Shown piece after piece: positions 34,322-46,108 of a DNA stretch of 46,108 nt. The position numbers were made by a program, and so were the translations under genes. The stretch comes from Peribolospora baueri. Its lineage: Eukaryota. The DNA lies in the NCBI GenBank assembly GCA_029717555.1, contig JAMDHS010000017.1, positions 248,001-294,108 on the forward strand. The letters are read 5' to 3'. Position 1 is the stretch's first letter. Each line of letters begins with the position of its first letter. The notes below the pieces were generated by a model. It saw nothing but the letters and a program-made list of their open reading frames with translations. It ran no database searches and was not told where the DNA came from.

Positions 34322-35880
34322 ATGCGCACCTTCAATGCTCTCGCCGTTTTCGGTCTTTTCGCGCTCGCATTGACCGCGCTGAACGCCGAACCGACCGACG
34401 CTCTGGACAAGTCAGCTCCGCTTCGCCGCCATCACGCCATGATGGAGCACAAGAAGATGGAGAAGGACAGCGCAGAGTCCAAGCGCAGTAGCGTGCTCGC
34501 CGTCGACGGGTTCACTGTCGGCTCCCGACAGCGGTGGACACAAGGAGACCATGGCTCAGATCAACAGTAACCTGAACGGAAAGGTCACCGCTAACTACGG
34601 CTACTACGCTCAAGCCCAGTCCGGCAGACTTTGACGGGTCGCAGCTGCTCGCCGTCCTGACGAGTAAGTGTCGTGCTGGCTGCGACTGTAAGTGATCGTT
34701 CCGCTCAGAATCTGACCCGCCCATCCGTACCACGTCTCTTCTACTTCCAATCTCAGCATTAAGGAGTCGGGCGCCATCTTCGAGCCCGCTGTCATGCCCA
34801 CTGGTGGCTGGAAGGGCCTTACCAAGAACGACAACTCCCAGGCGGTCAATATTGCCAACGTCAAGAAAAAAAGTTCACCGACCAGGACATAGAGGTTCGC
34901 CTCCGCTTCGCTCACGAGATGAACTACTACCAATCCGATGGCACCTGCACAGGCACCGCCTCGGACTTCAAGACCGGCTGGGCCACCATAGCCGCCGCCG
35001 TCCGTTCTATCGCTCCCTCGATCAAGATGTTCTGGACGCCCAACATCGCTGACTCCAAGAGCGAATACGATACGTACTTCCCCGAAGACCACACCACTGT
35101 CGACATGATTGGAATCGACTACTACCCCACGCCCGTTCCGTACAGCGGCCAATTTTACGACATGATGCAGGTACGCCATTTTCCGCTTCCTCAGAGCGCT
35201 GCTCTGCTCGCAGTGTTTTACATCATCCTTGACCATTCCTGTCGAAACAGTACGTCTACCACAAGTATGCCAACGCGAGCACGTCAGTAAGAGTCGATAT
35301 TTCGGGTGCAAGAACCGCGAGCGGACCTTTGTTCAGTACTCTTTCACTGACACTGTTTCGACGTTCGTCTCATCCCACAGTTCCACATCGGCGAGACCGG
35401 CCTCAGCTATGCTGGCTCCATCGACGACAGGTGAGACTTCCACACTCTCAAATCTCCTTCGTTCCTTACCTTCATTTCACGTCCATTTCCCCGGTGCTGC
35501 CCTTGATGGACAGGGTTGCCTGGTTCAAGGAGAGCACCGGTAGCAACACAAAGTCGAACATGCCTGTGAGTGTAGTCGGCTGAGAGCGAGCGGGCCTCTG
35601 GCTGGAGGCAGGGGAGGCCACAACGTGCATGAGCTCATGTTTCTCCATAATCCCCCGCCATACAGCGCCCGACACAGTACTTTGGCGGCCCCATCTGGTT
35701 CAACTATATTAAGGGGTGAGAAGTTGTTCGTGCTTATTTCTCGAGTTATTTCTTAAACTACGTTAGCTCACTCTGCCCCTCTCCCCTCTTTCATCTACTC
35801 TTATCAGATACGATTTCCGTCTTGTCAACACTGACCTGGGCTCCCTCGATGGCGCCGTGGCTTCGGCCTTGGGTGTCTGA
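34322..35880 (+). pseudogene. Secreted glycoside hydrolase family 26-like gene with three apparent frameshifts
   Basis: Signal peptide MRTFNALAVFGLFALALTALNA; YGYYAQ..FDGSQL; IFEPAVMP..GW.GL; VRLRFAHEMN (acid/base Glu); MFWTPN; IGIDYYP; FHIGETG (nucleophile); WFNYIKG|YDFRLV. Frame breaks at ~34522, ~34627 and in the A7 run 34866-34872. Confidence 0.75.
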
Positions 35881-36460
35881 GCGCAAGAAGCCCATCTTCA
35901 CCATTTCCTCCCTTGCTTTCCACCGGGTTTATGTTGTCTTGCCCCGCCATGCGGGCTGTCCGGTTGGCGGGCTGCTTCCTGTGATATCCACACACCCTTT
36001 GTCGCATTCGTTAATAGGCTCGGGACCTGGTGAATGAGGTCAATTTCATATCGTGTCCACTTGCGTGCTTCAACGCCAGTGGTCCGATCATGTGTGTGTG
36101 AGCTCGAGCCTATCGTCTCATTTCCCAACCTAGCGGCGGCTTGGGTTTGTGCAACTAGGAAGTCCGTGTACGGAATGGCGTCATGTGTAGTGGAGGAAGA
36201 CAGGTGCTGGCTCGAATCGTCGTTGAAGGAACATGGTAACAAGATGCCATCTCGTCCTGGATCCACCTACGCACAGATCTGCGGGTGAACTAGAACTTCC
36301 GCAGTGAGGATTGACCCGGCTTAGTCAGCAGGCCGGGTGGATTCACCGGATTGACCGGTGCCCGAATCGCGTTACGCTCAGGGATGCGAGTTCGCTACTG
36401 ACCCTGCACAACCAACCCGACTCGTCTTCGCTACGACACTCCTCCAGTACACCCCTCGCA

Positions 36461-39413
36461 ATGCCGGAACGTGCAAGCAGCAGTGTCAGGGATCGCTCGA
36501 TGATATGGATGGCGGTGCGCAATGCGGTCACATACGATAATGGTGAGATGAAGCTGGGGCTGGTCCTGTTTGTTTGGTCTTCGGTACGCACTTCCCACTT
36601 ACTCGCTCCATTGTCGTCCTCATCGCCGTAGCCCGCACCCTTGTCTTCTGGCTGGTCTTGCTTCGCTGTCTTCGGAAGTCGTTTGATCATCTTCGTACCA
36701 ATGGCCTGATTGGCTCCGCATCGCAAGCGTATACGGCCGCATCGCGCGTGAGTCTTACCGACTCGCTTTGCATCTCGCCTTCCTCGAAGGGCTGAGGCTC
36801 TGACCAGAGGGGCGGTCCGTATCCCTTGGACGGCGTCTTAGTTTGTCTTTGGTCTAGTCCTGCGCACGCCCTCTGCACGGCGTAAGGTCGAGGCGGAGCT
36901 GTCGAAGGCCATATCCGAGGTAGAGGACAAGATGGCGCCGCGCGACCCCCGTCTCTCGAACAACTTCACCTTACCTGTGCATGGCAAAGACGCCGCTTGG
37001 CTCTCGGCTGAGCTGAGAAGACTTCAAGTTATGAAGGTAGGCGGATGGAAGGCCAAAGACGCGAACGACGACAATGGTTCAGGAAGGGAAATCTGGAAAG
37101 ATGGTAGGATGAGCGGAGCCGTCTATCACGGCGGCCAGGAACTTATTGACATCATCGCGGACGCGATCAAGATGTTTATGGTTAGCAATCCTGTGAGTGT
37201 GCACAAATCGCTGAACCTTTGATTACGACCCTCCCACGACTGATGACCGCTGCGTTTTTTCTACAACGCCAGCTTCACCCCGATGCGTAGGTAGTCTACA
37301 CGGTCCCGGCTGGATGATCGTGGTGAACCCCGCCGCAGCGCTGACTCTCGACTTTTTATAGGTTTCCGGGAGTGCGGAAGATGGAGGCCGAGGTGGTCAG
37401 CATGTGCCTTCGCATGTACAATGCGCCCCAAGAAGGCGTCGGCACTACCACAAGCGGTGGTACAGAGTCCATTCTAATGGCTTGCAAGGCCTATCGGTGA
37501 GTAATATTTGGAAGACGCTACATGAAGCCCCAAATCCTTGCCCCGTGCTCTCTTCGCAGTGACGTTGACTTTTCTTCTCTTTTCTCCTCGTCGATCGCGC
37601 GACCACTCTCTTCCTCCACCCTCCTCCTCTGTGTCTATATTCCCGCTTGCGCTGCTCATAATTTGACAGTGATTGGGGTCGTTCCAAGAGAGGGATCAAG
37701 AGACCTGAAATGTAGGTGTCTTACTTTAATGCTTGATCCAGCATTGATAAGGATGACTTGCAGTGCCATTCTTATTATTGCTCAATCCAACTTCCACCTT
37801 CGCTGCCACTCTGCCATGTCTGCCTGTATTCACACTCCTTGACTGACTTTGCCCCGCTCTGCTCAGAGTCATCCCCGTCTCTGCCCATGCGGCTTTTGAC
37901 AAAGCTGGTAGCTATTTCAATATCAAGGTCCATCACGTCCCAGTCGATCCAGTGACGCGCAAGGTGGATGTGCGCTTGGTAGAGCGAGCCATTACGAGGA
38001 ACACGGTAATGGTATGTGACACATTCTTTTCACGCAGCTAGGCGCATGGATTGGTGCATTAATCGGCTCGCGATATGAATTCTTTGCCACTTCCCTCTTC
38101 CAGATCGTCGGCTCTGCTCCCAACTTCCCTGAGTGAGCCGCTCGTTTGACCCAGTACCTTTCATATCGAGAAGGTTGAACGTTTTTGCACTTCTAATTCG
38201 TTTTTCAGTGGCGCCATAGACGACATTCCCTCTTTGGCCACATTGGCTCGTCAATATAACGTTGGCATGCACGTGGATTGCTGTCTAGGCAGCTTCATCG
38301 TGCCTTTCTTGGAAAAGGCCGGCTTGCCTACCGCACCCTTTGATTTCCGTGTGGACGGTGTCACGAGCATCTCTTGCGACACGCACAAGGTGAGCTGCAC
38401 TGACCCCGGATCAAGATGGGCAGGTGTGCAGTGCAAATCTCATACTTTCCTTTTCTGTTGGGAACAGTATGGGTTTGCGCCCAAGGGGTCGTCTGTCATC
38501 ATGTATTGCAGCAACGTCTACCGGCATCACCAGTATTACGTGCAGACTGAATGGTGCGACTGCTGTTCGTCTTGTCTGCTGGCCAACGCGTTGAGCTAGA
38601 TCCTTGGGGTTGCTTACAAACTAAAGCGCTTCCTTACTCCGTCGCATTTCACGAACAATCTTTCCTTGTCAGGCCGGGCGGCGTCTACGCCAGTCCATCC
38701 ATCGCAGGGTCTCGGCCTGGCGCCCTTATCGCGGGCACATGGGCAGCTATGATGAGCATGGGGGAAGACGGTTACATCTCGTCCTGCAAGTCCATCGTCG
38801 GGGCCGCTCGTCGCATCGAAAAGGCCGTCCGGGACGAAATTCCGGATTTGCGCGTCCTCGGCTCGCCGATCGTCACTGTCGTCGCCTTCACTAGCGTTGG
38901 TAACTTCAGCATCTATGAAGTGGGCGACCGTATGAGCCACAAAGGCGTGAGTATCCCCTGACTTTCGTGATGCCGAGTTGAGACATTACTGACCTTGTTC
39001 GATATTTCGATATTTCTCCTTCATTCATAGTGGTCTCTGAACGCGCTTATGAACCCTCCGGCACTGCACATTGCTGCCACTCGCTTGACCGTACCGGTAG
39101 CGGACGAATTCATTCGCGATCTGAAAGAGTGCGTCCAAGATGCCAAGACCAAACCTGCCCAGAACGGCAACATTGCGGCGCTTTACGGTGAGTTTCGACC
39201 TGCCTTCGCTCTCTTCGCGGACGCCTACTCATCCACCGATTTGTTTAGGTCTCGGGTCATCGAGCGCAATTGGCCCCACGTTGGTTGGAGAAATGGCGAC
39301 GCGGTAAGTCGCTCGCATTTGAACATGACAGGTATTGGCGAGTTGGTGTGTGAACTGATGCCGTCCTTGAACCCCAACCCAGCTTCCTCGACGTCCTCAC
39401 CAAACCCCTTTAG
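36461..39413 (+). CDS. DPL1: Sphingosine-1-phosphate lyase (PLP-dependent)
   Basis: [79 protein letters not shown] (PLP lysine), [16 protein letters not shown]; last exon [10 protein letters not shown]. Confidence 0.95.
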
Positions 39414-39576
39414 AGGTCTTGTGACCGTACGGCTAATCTCTTCCCCCCCTCTTCTTTGCGGCTTTCTCCGACGATGTTTCGCCCTCTCGTCAAACTGTTC
39501 TTATGCAGAACGCGCTATATGTCTCTTGGATAAGATATGGTTGCATGCAATGGAAATAGCCATCGTGTTTCTAACG

Positions 39577-42500
39577 CTAGCGCATCTGCGACGTGGGACC
39601 GTGCAAGAGGTCCTCGGGACACGTGGCACGCCGGCGATGAGCGTACCACTCTGGCAGCAAGGTGGGAGCCGACTGAATGCCTTGTTCGATCTCGTCCAGG
39701 GCCCTGATCATCTGTGTGGGAAGCCGTTAGTGTCGGCGCTTGCTCTTAGGAATGTGGAAATGAACTTACATCGTAGTTGATCTCCTGTTTCACGACCGAG
39801 TCGTGGTCGTAAGCTGGGTGAAAGCGTATGTAGTCGCGCATCCAAGCTGCAGTTGTCTGAAGGGTGCCTGGATCATGAGGGAAGACATGTAGATTCTTTT
39901 GAGACACCATCACCCACACAGGCGACGAACGGCACTCTTACTCACCATCCGCTCGTTTGCGCACTAGGTCCAAGTATTGACCAAGTTCAAATCGAGTTGC
40001 GACGTCGATATTCATCGAGTCCAGGTAGCTCTCACAAAGACCGAGAAGGCCAGGGAACTCATCATCCTGTCCGGACAAAGCAGGGATATGATTCAGCGAT
40101 CAGCTTGACGAAAGCCAAGGCGGGGACGAAGGCACTTTACCTTCCCGCAGATTAGCTCCTCCATCGTAAACTCGTCATATTCGTCCTCTAGCGATCCGAC
40201 CAAAGGGCTCGAGGCTCCAGATTGTCCCACGGCTTCGCTTTTAGGGTCGGACTCCTTTCCACCTCGTTCCCGCGTATGGGACCCGCGCGACGCACCATCG
40301 GGCTGGTGTTCCGCGGGCGATGGAGGTCGACTACTACAAGGAGTTTCATCGGAGTGACGTGACCGACTTCGAAAGATGTTCTTCCTGAAAAAGAATTTTT
40401 CCTGGCGGACAGCGTCGCGACGATGTGCACGCTGCATGTTGACATCCACCTGAGACAACCAAGACACAACAATGCAGAACGAAACCATTAGGCCCGTGTA
40501 CCTACGCTCGACGGTGCAAATGCTCGTGCTACACTCACCTTGGAAATTGGTATATAGAAGTTGACTCCGAAGCTAAGGATAGCACGGGTGAGGAGGACGA
40601 TGAAAACGGAAAATGCAGCATTCTCAAAGTCGGTGACTTGAACCTCCATGCTACGGAACTCCACACGCCAACCGATGTTTGAGCCCGGTGGCGGAGGCTT
40701 GAAGCGCATAGTCTGCCAATTAGTTGATTGTATGTTCTGAAAGGATGACAGGTCGCCGATGAGTGGGCCGTGTGAGCACTTGTGGCGGGCGCTCCCGCCA
40801 TTTCGCAGGCTCATGCCTACCTCAAAGTGATCCGAAGACGTTGTATCGTCCTGGTCAATCATTTCCGAGAAGATGACCAACGGATCGCGTATGAATAGAT
40901 GGGCAATATGGTTCGCCAGAACCTCGTCGATACCTGTGATATCATGGGTTGAAAGCAGTTCGAAAATGTTGCACATATTACGAGGCCGAAACGCAGCTGC
41001 TTACCGTGTCGTAGGAGCCTTCCTTTTACTTCTTCATTGATTGGGAGGGGGTTGTCGTTGTATTCAGGACGATTCAAGGGGTCTGCCGAGATGTAGCTAT
41101 CCACGCTATCATAGCGTGACTTGGGTATCACGTAGGACCCCGGTTGAACAGGCTGAGCGTAGACGGATGGATGGCAAGGGGGCATCAGTAAGAAGAGTCT
41201 CCCGCCTCGGTGGAAGCAAAAACATACCTCAAGCCCTCGCTCCGCAGGCGTGCGATCATCCACGCTCCCAGATATTACATTCCAGCGACAATCCACGTCC
41301 GAGAGATAGCCTCGGTACGCAGGCGACGCAGCGGTGAGCGCGAGCTGTTGAACGCAATCAAGCGGGCGATCGGTGGATGGAGAATGAGAACAATTACTCC
41401 TTGAGCTTCTAAAAGCTCGGAGGAAGGGCTTACCATAATCGGGCCAACGGGAACCAGCGCGTCATACACTCGCCTTGCCTCCGCCACCGAGCATGCCTGG
41501 AACGTGATCTGTAGGCAGCAGCACCCCATACCGAACCCCATTGCGTCCATGTATATGTGATCGGGCAATGCCGCCCCGTTCTTTGCCTCTGGAGACGTGC
41601 GCCAATGATGGAATAAGTAAAATTGCCAATAAACATCAACCGGCGGACAGTACTACGCATGCTGACGAACAAACATATCTACCTTTGTCTTCCGGAAACA
41701 GTCCTCGATTCAAATCTATTGACGCATCGATGAATGGCCTGGGGGTTTTTTCGTCGTGGAATATGGGCATATTAATGGCGACTTTTGACCTTCGTCGTTT
41801 CCGGATGTTGGCAGTCAAAGTGCTAAAGCGCGAAAAAAGAGGTCAGCACGCATCCCAAGAGTGCTCGATTAGAGCGAAGCATACGGGCTCACGGGAAACG
41901 AGCGTGCGGATTGATGATTTCATCGGGCAAGAAGAGGCTCCGACCGGCTTCTCCCTTGGGCTCGTAATGCGGATCGGTGAAGACTTCTTTGACGCCCAAG
42001 CGCGGAAACGAGGTTAAGGTGATTGGAAGCTCGTTCGGCCGTAAATGAGACCGCGCAATCTTGCGTCTTATCATTAATGGACGACGTAAGTCAGATACGC
42101 GCGCAGACACTAGCGCATCAAGAGTGTGCTCGCTCACCGGAGTCTCATGTTCCCTTCCACACCAAGGAGGTCTTTGAAGCTCGCACTATAAGGTGCCCCA
42201 GGAGTAGACTCGAGCATGTACCTGCCGTACTCGGGATGGAAGGTCGGGATGCTGGGAAAGAGACGTTGAAGGTTGGTTAGAGCCAGTGGGTAGCCATGAA
42301 AAAATGTAGCGCAAAATGTGATTAGCATTGCGACCTATAAAAACACGCCCCCCTCGTCGCTCTAATCAACAATCCCGGGAACGACGTCTTCAACTCACCT
42401 TCCCGGAGCGTTCACATCACCCTCTCTGCCCTTGTCCGCTAGCTCGTCGAGGATTTCCGCCTGGCGCAAACTGAGCCTGGCATTCTTATTTTCGTGATCG

Positions 42501-42673
42501 AAACTCACGACGATGTACTCGACCTCGTCACCCCACAGCAAGACGTCGCCTCTCCGGGACTTGAGTCGGTCCCAGATGTGTAAAAACTGAGTGATGCCGT
42601 GTGTCCGAACATGGTCGGCGAGAGGAGCTGCGTCCGACCAAGAGAGAGGCGTTCCAAGAGAGAGGAGACCCAT
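39577..42673 (-). CDS. GSH1: Glutamate-cysteine ligase catalytic subunit
   Basis: [97 protein letters not shown]; last exon ends ..PTSQMR*. Confidence 0.96.
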
Positions 42674-43697
42674 GTTCAAGCTGTCGAACACGAGCTCCAG
42701 GCGAGCTCAGCAATATAAAATTCTGCCGTTGCTTCCAGGACGTGTCTGCTGCGTCCCGAACACGGAGAGGCGATAAGGGCCCAGTTCAACGCGATCCAAA
42801 CAAACACCTGGAGGATAAAGCTGGGAAGGACTCACCGGATGGTCTGAAGGCGCTCTGGACGACGCTTGGGCTCTTCCTTACGATGATGTTCCTACCCAAG
42901 TTCTCTCTCACGGGCTCCCCGGGTGAGGCGTCCGTCTTGCCTAAAGCGTTTCGGCCGTAAGGATGGCCTTCCGTCTTCCCGATTGCCGCAGCCTCACGTG
43001 CATCACTGCACAGAGCGCGGGGTAGTCAACTGAGAAAGCATTCTGCTGATGTCTGTTGAGCCCTGAAAGCCGCGATAATGATGTGCCGTACGACAACAGA
43101 AGTGACAGCAGTAGTAAGCGGGTTCTCTGAAGGGTTAGAGAGCGACGAAAGGCTCCAGCTCTGCGGGACACGGCGTATGGCCTCGCCTTCCTATGGGACA
43201 ATATTCTACTACAGTACCGGCACCCAAATACAATCGATCGTCGATCCAAGCCAGGCACTGCCCCCAGCGAGCCATCTCCTTCACATTTCACATGCTCTAG
43301 CTGCATCGAGGTCTTGTAGGGAGAGCAGACTGATGGACAAACTCGCAACTTGAAGAAAAGCACTCGGCAGGGCCGATCCAGGGCGCTCGCCCCATATGAC
43401 CAAGGCTTGGCGTTCCTTCCTTGCCCTGTCAGGACCTATTCCAAGTTGGATGAAGTGCAATGCTTCACATGGGACAAACACAACGTCGGTATTGTCTTGT
43501 AACCTGCAAAGGATTGCTAGGCCGCAGCAAGCACATCCATTTAACTTTCCCCAACCCTTGTCCCGCGCCGCAGCCGAAATCACGTGCCTTAGCACATCAG
43601 AATCCCACACACGTAGGCCCGACAGCGTCTCTCGTCGTCTCGCCTCCACTCTTCACACATCCAACGACCCGTCAGGAAAGATCGAGCTGTCGCCGAC

Positions 43698-45596
43698 ATG
43701 CAGATCACATTCAAGACTGTGACGAACAAGCAGTTCAAGGTGGAGGCTGGGCCGTCCGACACGGTGAGGGTCCGACGCGGCGGACAAGCAAATGCTGTAA
43801 TGCGTCGGTGGTTCCTTTTTGCCACGGCTGACCTTTCGCTGTCACGGCCGACTTGGACAGATTCGAAGTCTCAAGGACAAGATCAAGGACATTCAGGGAT
43901 TTGCTCCAGAACACCAGAAGATTATTTACTCAGGTGCGATGTTTTTACTTACCGTCGGTCAGGCGCATGCGCGTCTCCCCGATGGAAGCCGAGCTAGGGC
44001 ACTTAACCTCGGCCTCGTCCTCCTTCAAACAGGGAAGATCCTCGATGATGCTCGTACCGTGGAGGAGTGCAAGATCAAGGAGAAGGATTTTCTGGTTGTC
44101 ATGAGTTCAAAGGTTCGTACACTGCGCGCATGACATATAGCGACTACCCTATTCTATTCTTGGCTGAACTTTTCTTCCCCTCGCTCGTCACTGATCATGG
44201 CGACAGCCCAAGCCTGCTCCTTCGTCTGCGTCCACGTCATCCGCGGCCCCAGCGGCACCTTCAGCATCGAGTGCTTCGACTTCGGGAGCAGCTGCTTCAG
44301 CTCCTGCCCCTGCGCCTAGTGCAACGCCGGCAGAGACACCTAGCGCGACGAATGCTCCTGCTGCTGCCCCGGCCCAGCCAGAAGCTCCCACCCAAGCTGA
44401 GCCCGCATTTGGTGACCAGAGCACATTCTGTGAGCTGCGTTTCCGACGCCCCTCGTCTCCACGTCACGCACGTTTTGTTGACGTCGGCTTTTTGCACGTG
44501 TCCCTCCAGTGACTGGATCTCGGCTTGAATCTGCTATGCAGAACATGATCGAGATGGGTTTCGAGAAGGACCAGGTGCAGAGAGCGATGAGGGCGAGCTT
44601 CAACAATCCAGACAGGGCCGTCGAATACCTCATGAGTGTGAGTCATACGCTCTCTGACTGCCCTGTATGGCAAATTTACTCATTTCCCCGTTTCCCGGTG
44701 TTTTAGGGCATACCCGCGCACCTTCAACAGGCTGCTTCCGGTGCTCCGGCCCAGCAGGAGCCCTCCCAAGCTTCGGCTATCCCGTCTTCTACGACCGGTC
44801 CCACCGGTGGTGAATCTGCCGCCCCAGTTTCCTCCCCTTCCCTGCAGCAAGGCGGTGCACGCAGTGGGAACCTCTTCGAGGCCGCAGCCGCGGCTGCTGC
44901 GGGCGGCGAGGCGGGTGGTGCTGCCGAAGTCGGAGCAGGAGCCGGCGGTGGTGGACAGCAAGTCATCGACCTCGGGAACCCGGCGATGCTTGGCCAACTG
45001 CGCCAACTCGTCCAGCAGAATCCCGCCGCTCTCCAGCCGATCCTTCAGGCCATTGCACAGAGCAATCCCCAACTGGCTCAGGTGAGTGGTATAAGTGAAG
45101 CATCCGGGGATTGCCCTTATTCATTAACTGTACATCGTCTATATCGGGGCGTCACACAGGCTCTGAACCAAAACCCAGAGGCGCTGATGGCCGCTCTGCT
45201 CGGCGGCGAAGGCGATTTTGGGGACGAGGAGGGAATGGCTGAGGAGTACCAGACGACGTCCATCAATGATCTTTCTGAGGAGGAGCGTGCTGCTGTTGAG
45301 CGGGTGAGAGAAGTGTTCTTCGGTGGAGATTTTGAAGGTTTCCAGTCGGCTTACCGCGGCGGTATCGTCTCATGCTCGTGTGTCGACGTCTTCTTACCGT
45401 CCAGATTCAAGCTGTTGGCCTATCTCCTGAAAAGGCGCTTGAATGCTACCTCATCTGCGGCAAGAACGAGGGTGAGCCGCGATTGTCTGGGTGGTCTCGA
45501 AGGGCCTTGTTCTCATTTCTTTCTTCGGTTTCGCTTTCTTCTCGTCCAGAACACGCCATCAACTATTACTTCGAGCACATGCAGGATGAGGATTGA
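43698..45596 (+). CDS. RAD23: UV excision repair protein / proteasome shuttle Rad23 (UBL-UBA-XPC binding-UBA)
   Basis: UBL MQITFKTVTNKQF..QKIIYSG|KILDD..IKEKDFLVVM; UBA1 MIEMGFEKDQVQRAMRASFNNPDRAVEYLM; XPC-binding QLRQLVQQNPAALQPILQAIAQSNPQL; UBA2 ALECYLICGKNE|..AINYYFE. Confidence 0.95.
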
Positions 45597-45867
45597 CAGG
45601 CCGGACTTGGCGTATGAGTGCAGGGTTCTTGTAAATCCTCTAAATCCTCATGGAGCGCTCGCTCTTTTGTGATTTCGAAGTAGCTGTTTGTTGTGTCGCC
45701 GTAACGTTTTTGTGCACGAGGTTTGCGAATTCGCATCGTCATTTCGATTCCGCCTCCCGCGGTGCACGTGTGCCTGTCGGGGCTGTTCACTTCGGAAGCG
45801 GGGCCGAAGTCGGCGGGCGCGCCGAGAACCGACAAGAAGGGCCTCATAAAAAGCGAACGGACGGACG

Positions 45868-46108
45868 CTAGACGAGCACGGGAAGGGGAAGGGGAAAGGG
45901 AAAGGGAAGGGCGGTGGTTGAGTACATGATGGTCAGGTCGCGTAAGGGGCGCGTAAACGACGGGATGAAGTTGTTTGGGCGAGCGAGCGGGCTGTTATCA
46001 GGGACGTACAGTATGTCTCAGATTTAGGCAAGGGCGCGGGGGCGCTTCGCTTCTGTTGGCAGGCTGTTTAACGCATTCATCAGCAACGGCGGGAAAGGAG
46101 GAAAAAAA
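45868..46108 (-). other. Probable 3' end (spliced exons) of a minus-strand gene continuing beyond the window
   Basis: Minus strand: branch-like GCTGAT..CAG acceptor (46066-46064), short exon 46063-46010, GTACGT donor, then CTGAC, pyrimidine tract and TAG acceptor at 45868. Product unknown. Confidence 0.4.

Noticed and set aside
36305..36362. Two CCGG-rich inverted repeats upstream of DPL1
   Set aside because: Short GC-rich stems with no ncRNA or TIR hallmarks; at most generic promoter motifs.
43075..43135. Possible box C/D snoRNA (ATGATGT ... CTGA)
   Set aside because: Box C imperfect, no terminal stem and no recognisable rRNA guide.
96..46108. Numerous overlapping six-frame ORFs antisense to or frame-shifted within real genes (e.g. 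5253-5876, 7677-8186, 39049-39780)
   Set aside because: Shadow ORFs of GC-rich coding exons or intron read-through; no independent motifs.
1..46108. tRNA, rRNA or CRISPR arrays
   Set aside because: No cloverleaf with A/B boxes, rRNA-like sequence or repeat-spacer array recognised by eye.

Overview
Intron-rich fungal (basidiomycete, probably Pucciniomycotina by inference) genomic window. Housekeeping genes: ARPC4 (3' partial), nucleolar FKBP, SED5, succinate-semialdehyde dehydrogenase, cytosolic IleRS, sphingosine-1-phosphate lyase, GSH1 and RAD23. It also contains an apparently intact telomerase reverse transcriptase (TERT). Immediately downstream of TERT is a spliced ~779-aa gene with four tandem CENP-B/Abp1-N-like HTH domains and no DDE domain, probably a domesticated pogo transposase, followed by a large Mtc4-like membrane protein gene. 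Mobile remnants: a truncated Ty1/copia element with LTR and half-tRNA-type PBS, a Ty3/gypsy integrase fragment, and an 803-bp internally deleted pogo element with TIRs and TA flanks that still shows HTH, Tc5 and PIP-box relics. A secreted GH26-like gene carries three frameshifts. A TAACCCTAA motif with neighbouring hairpins in the SED5/SSADH intergenic region is a weak telomerase-RNA candidate. All exon models were made by eye and family calls are from motif recognition, not database searches.
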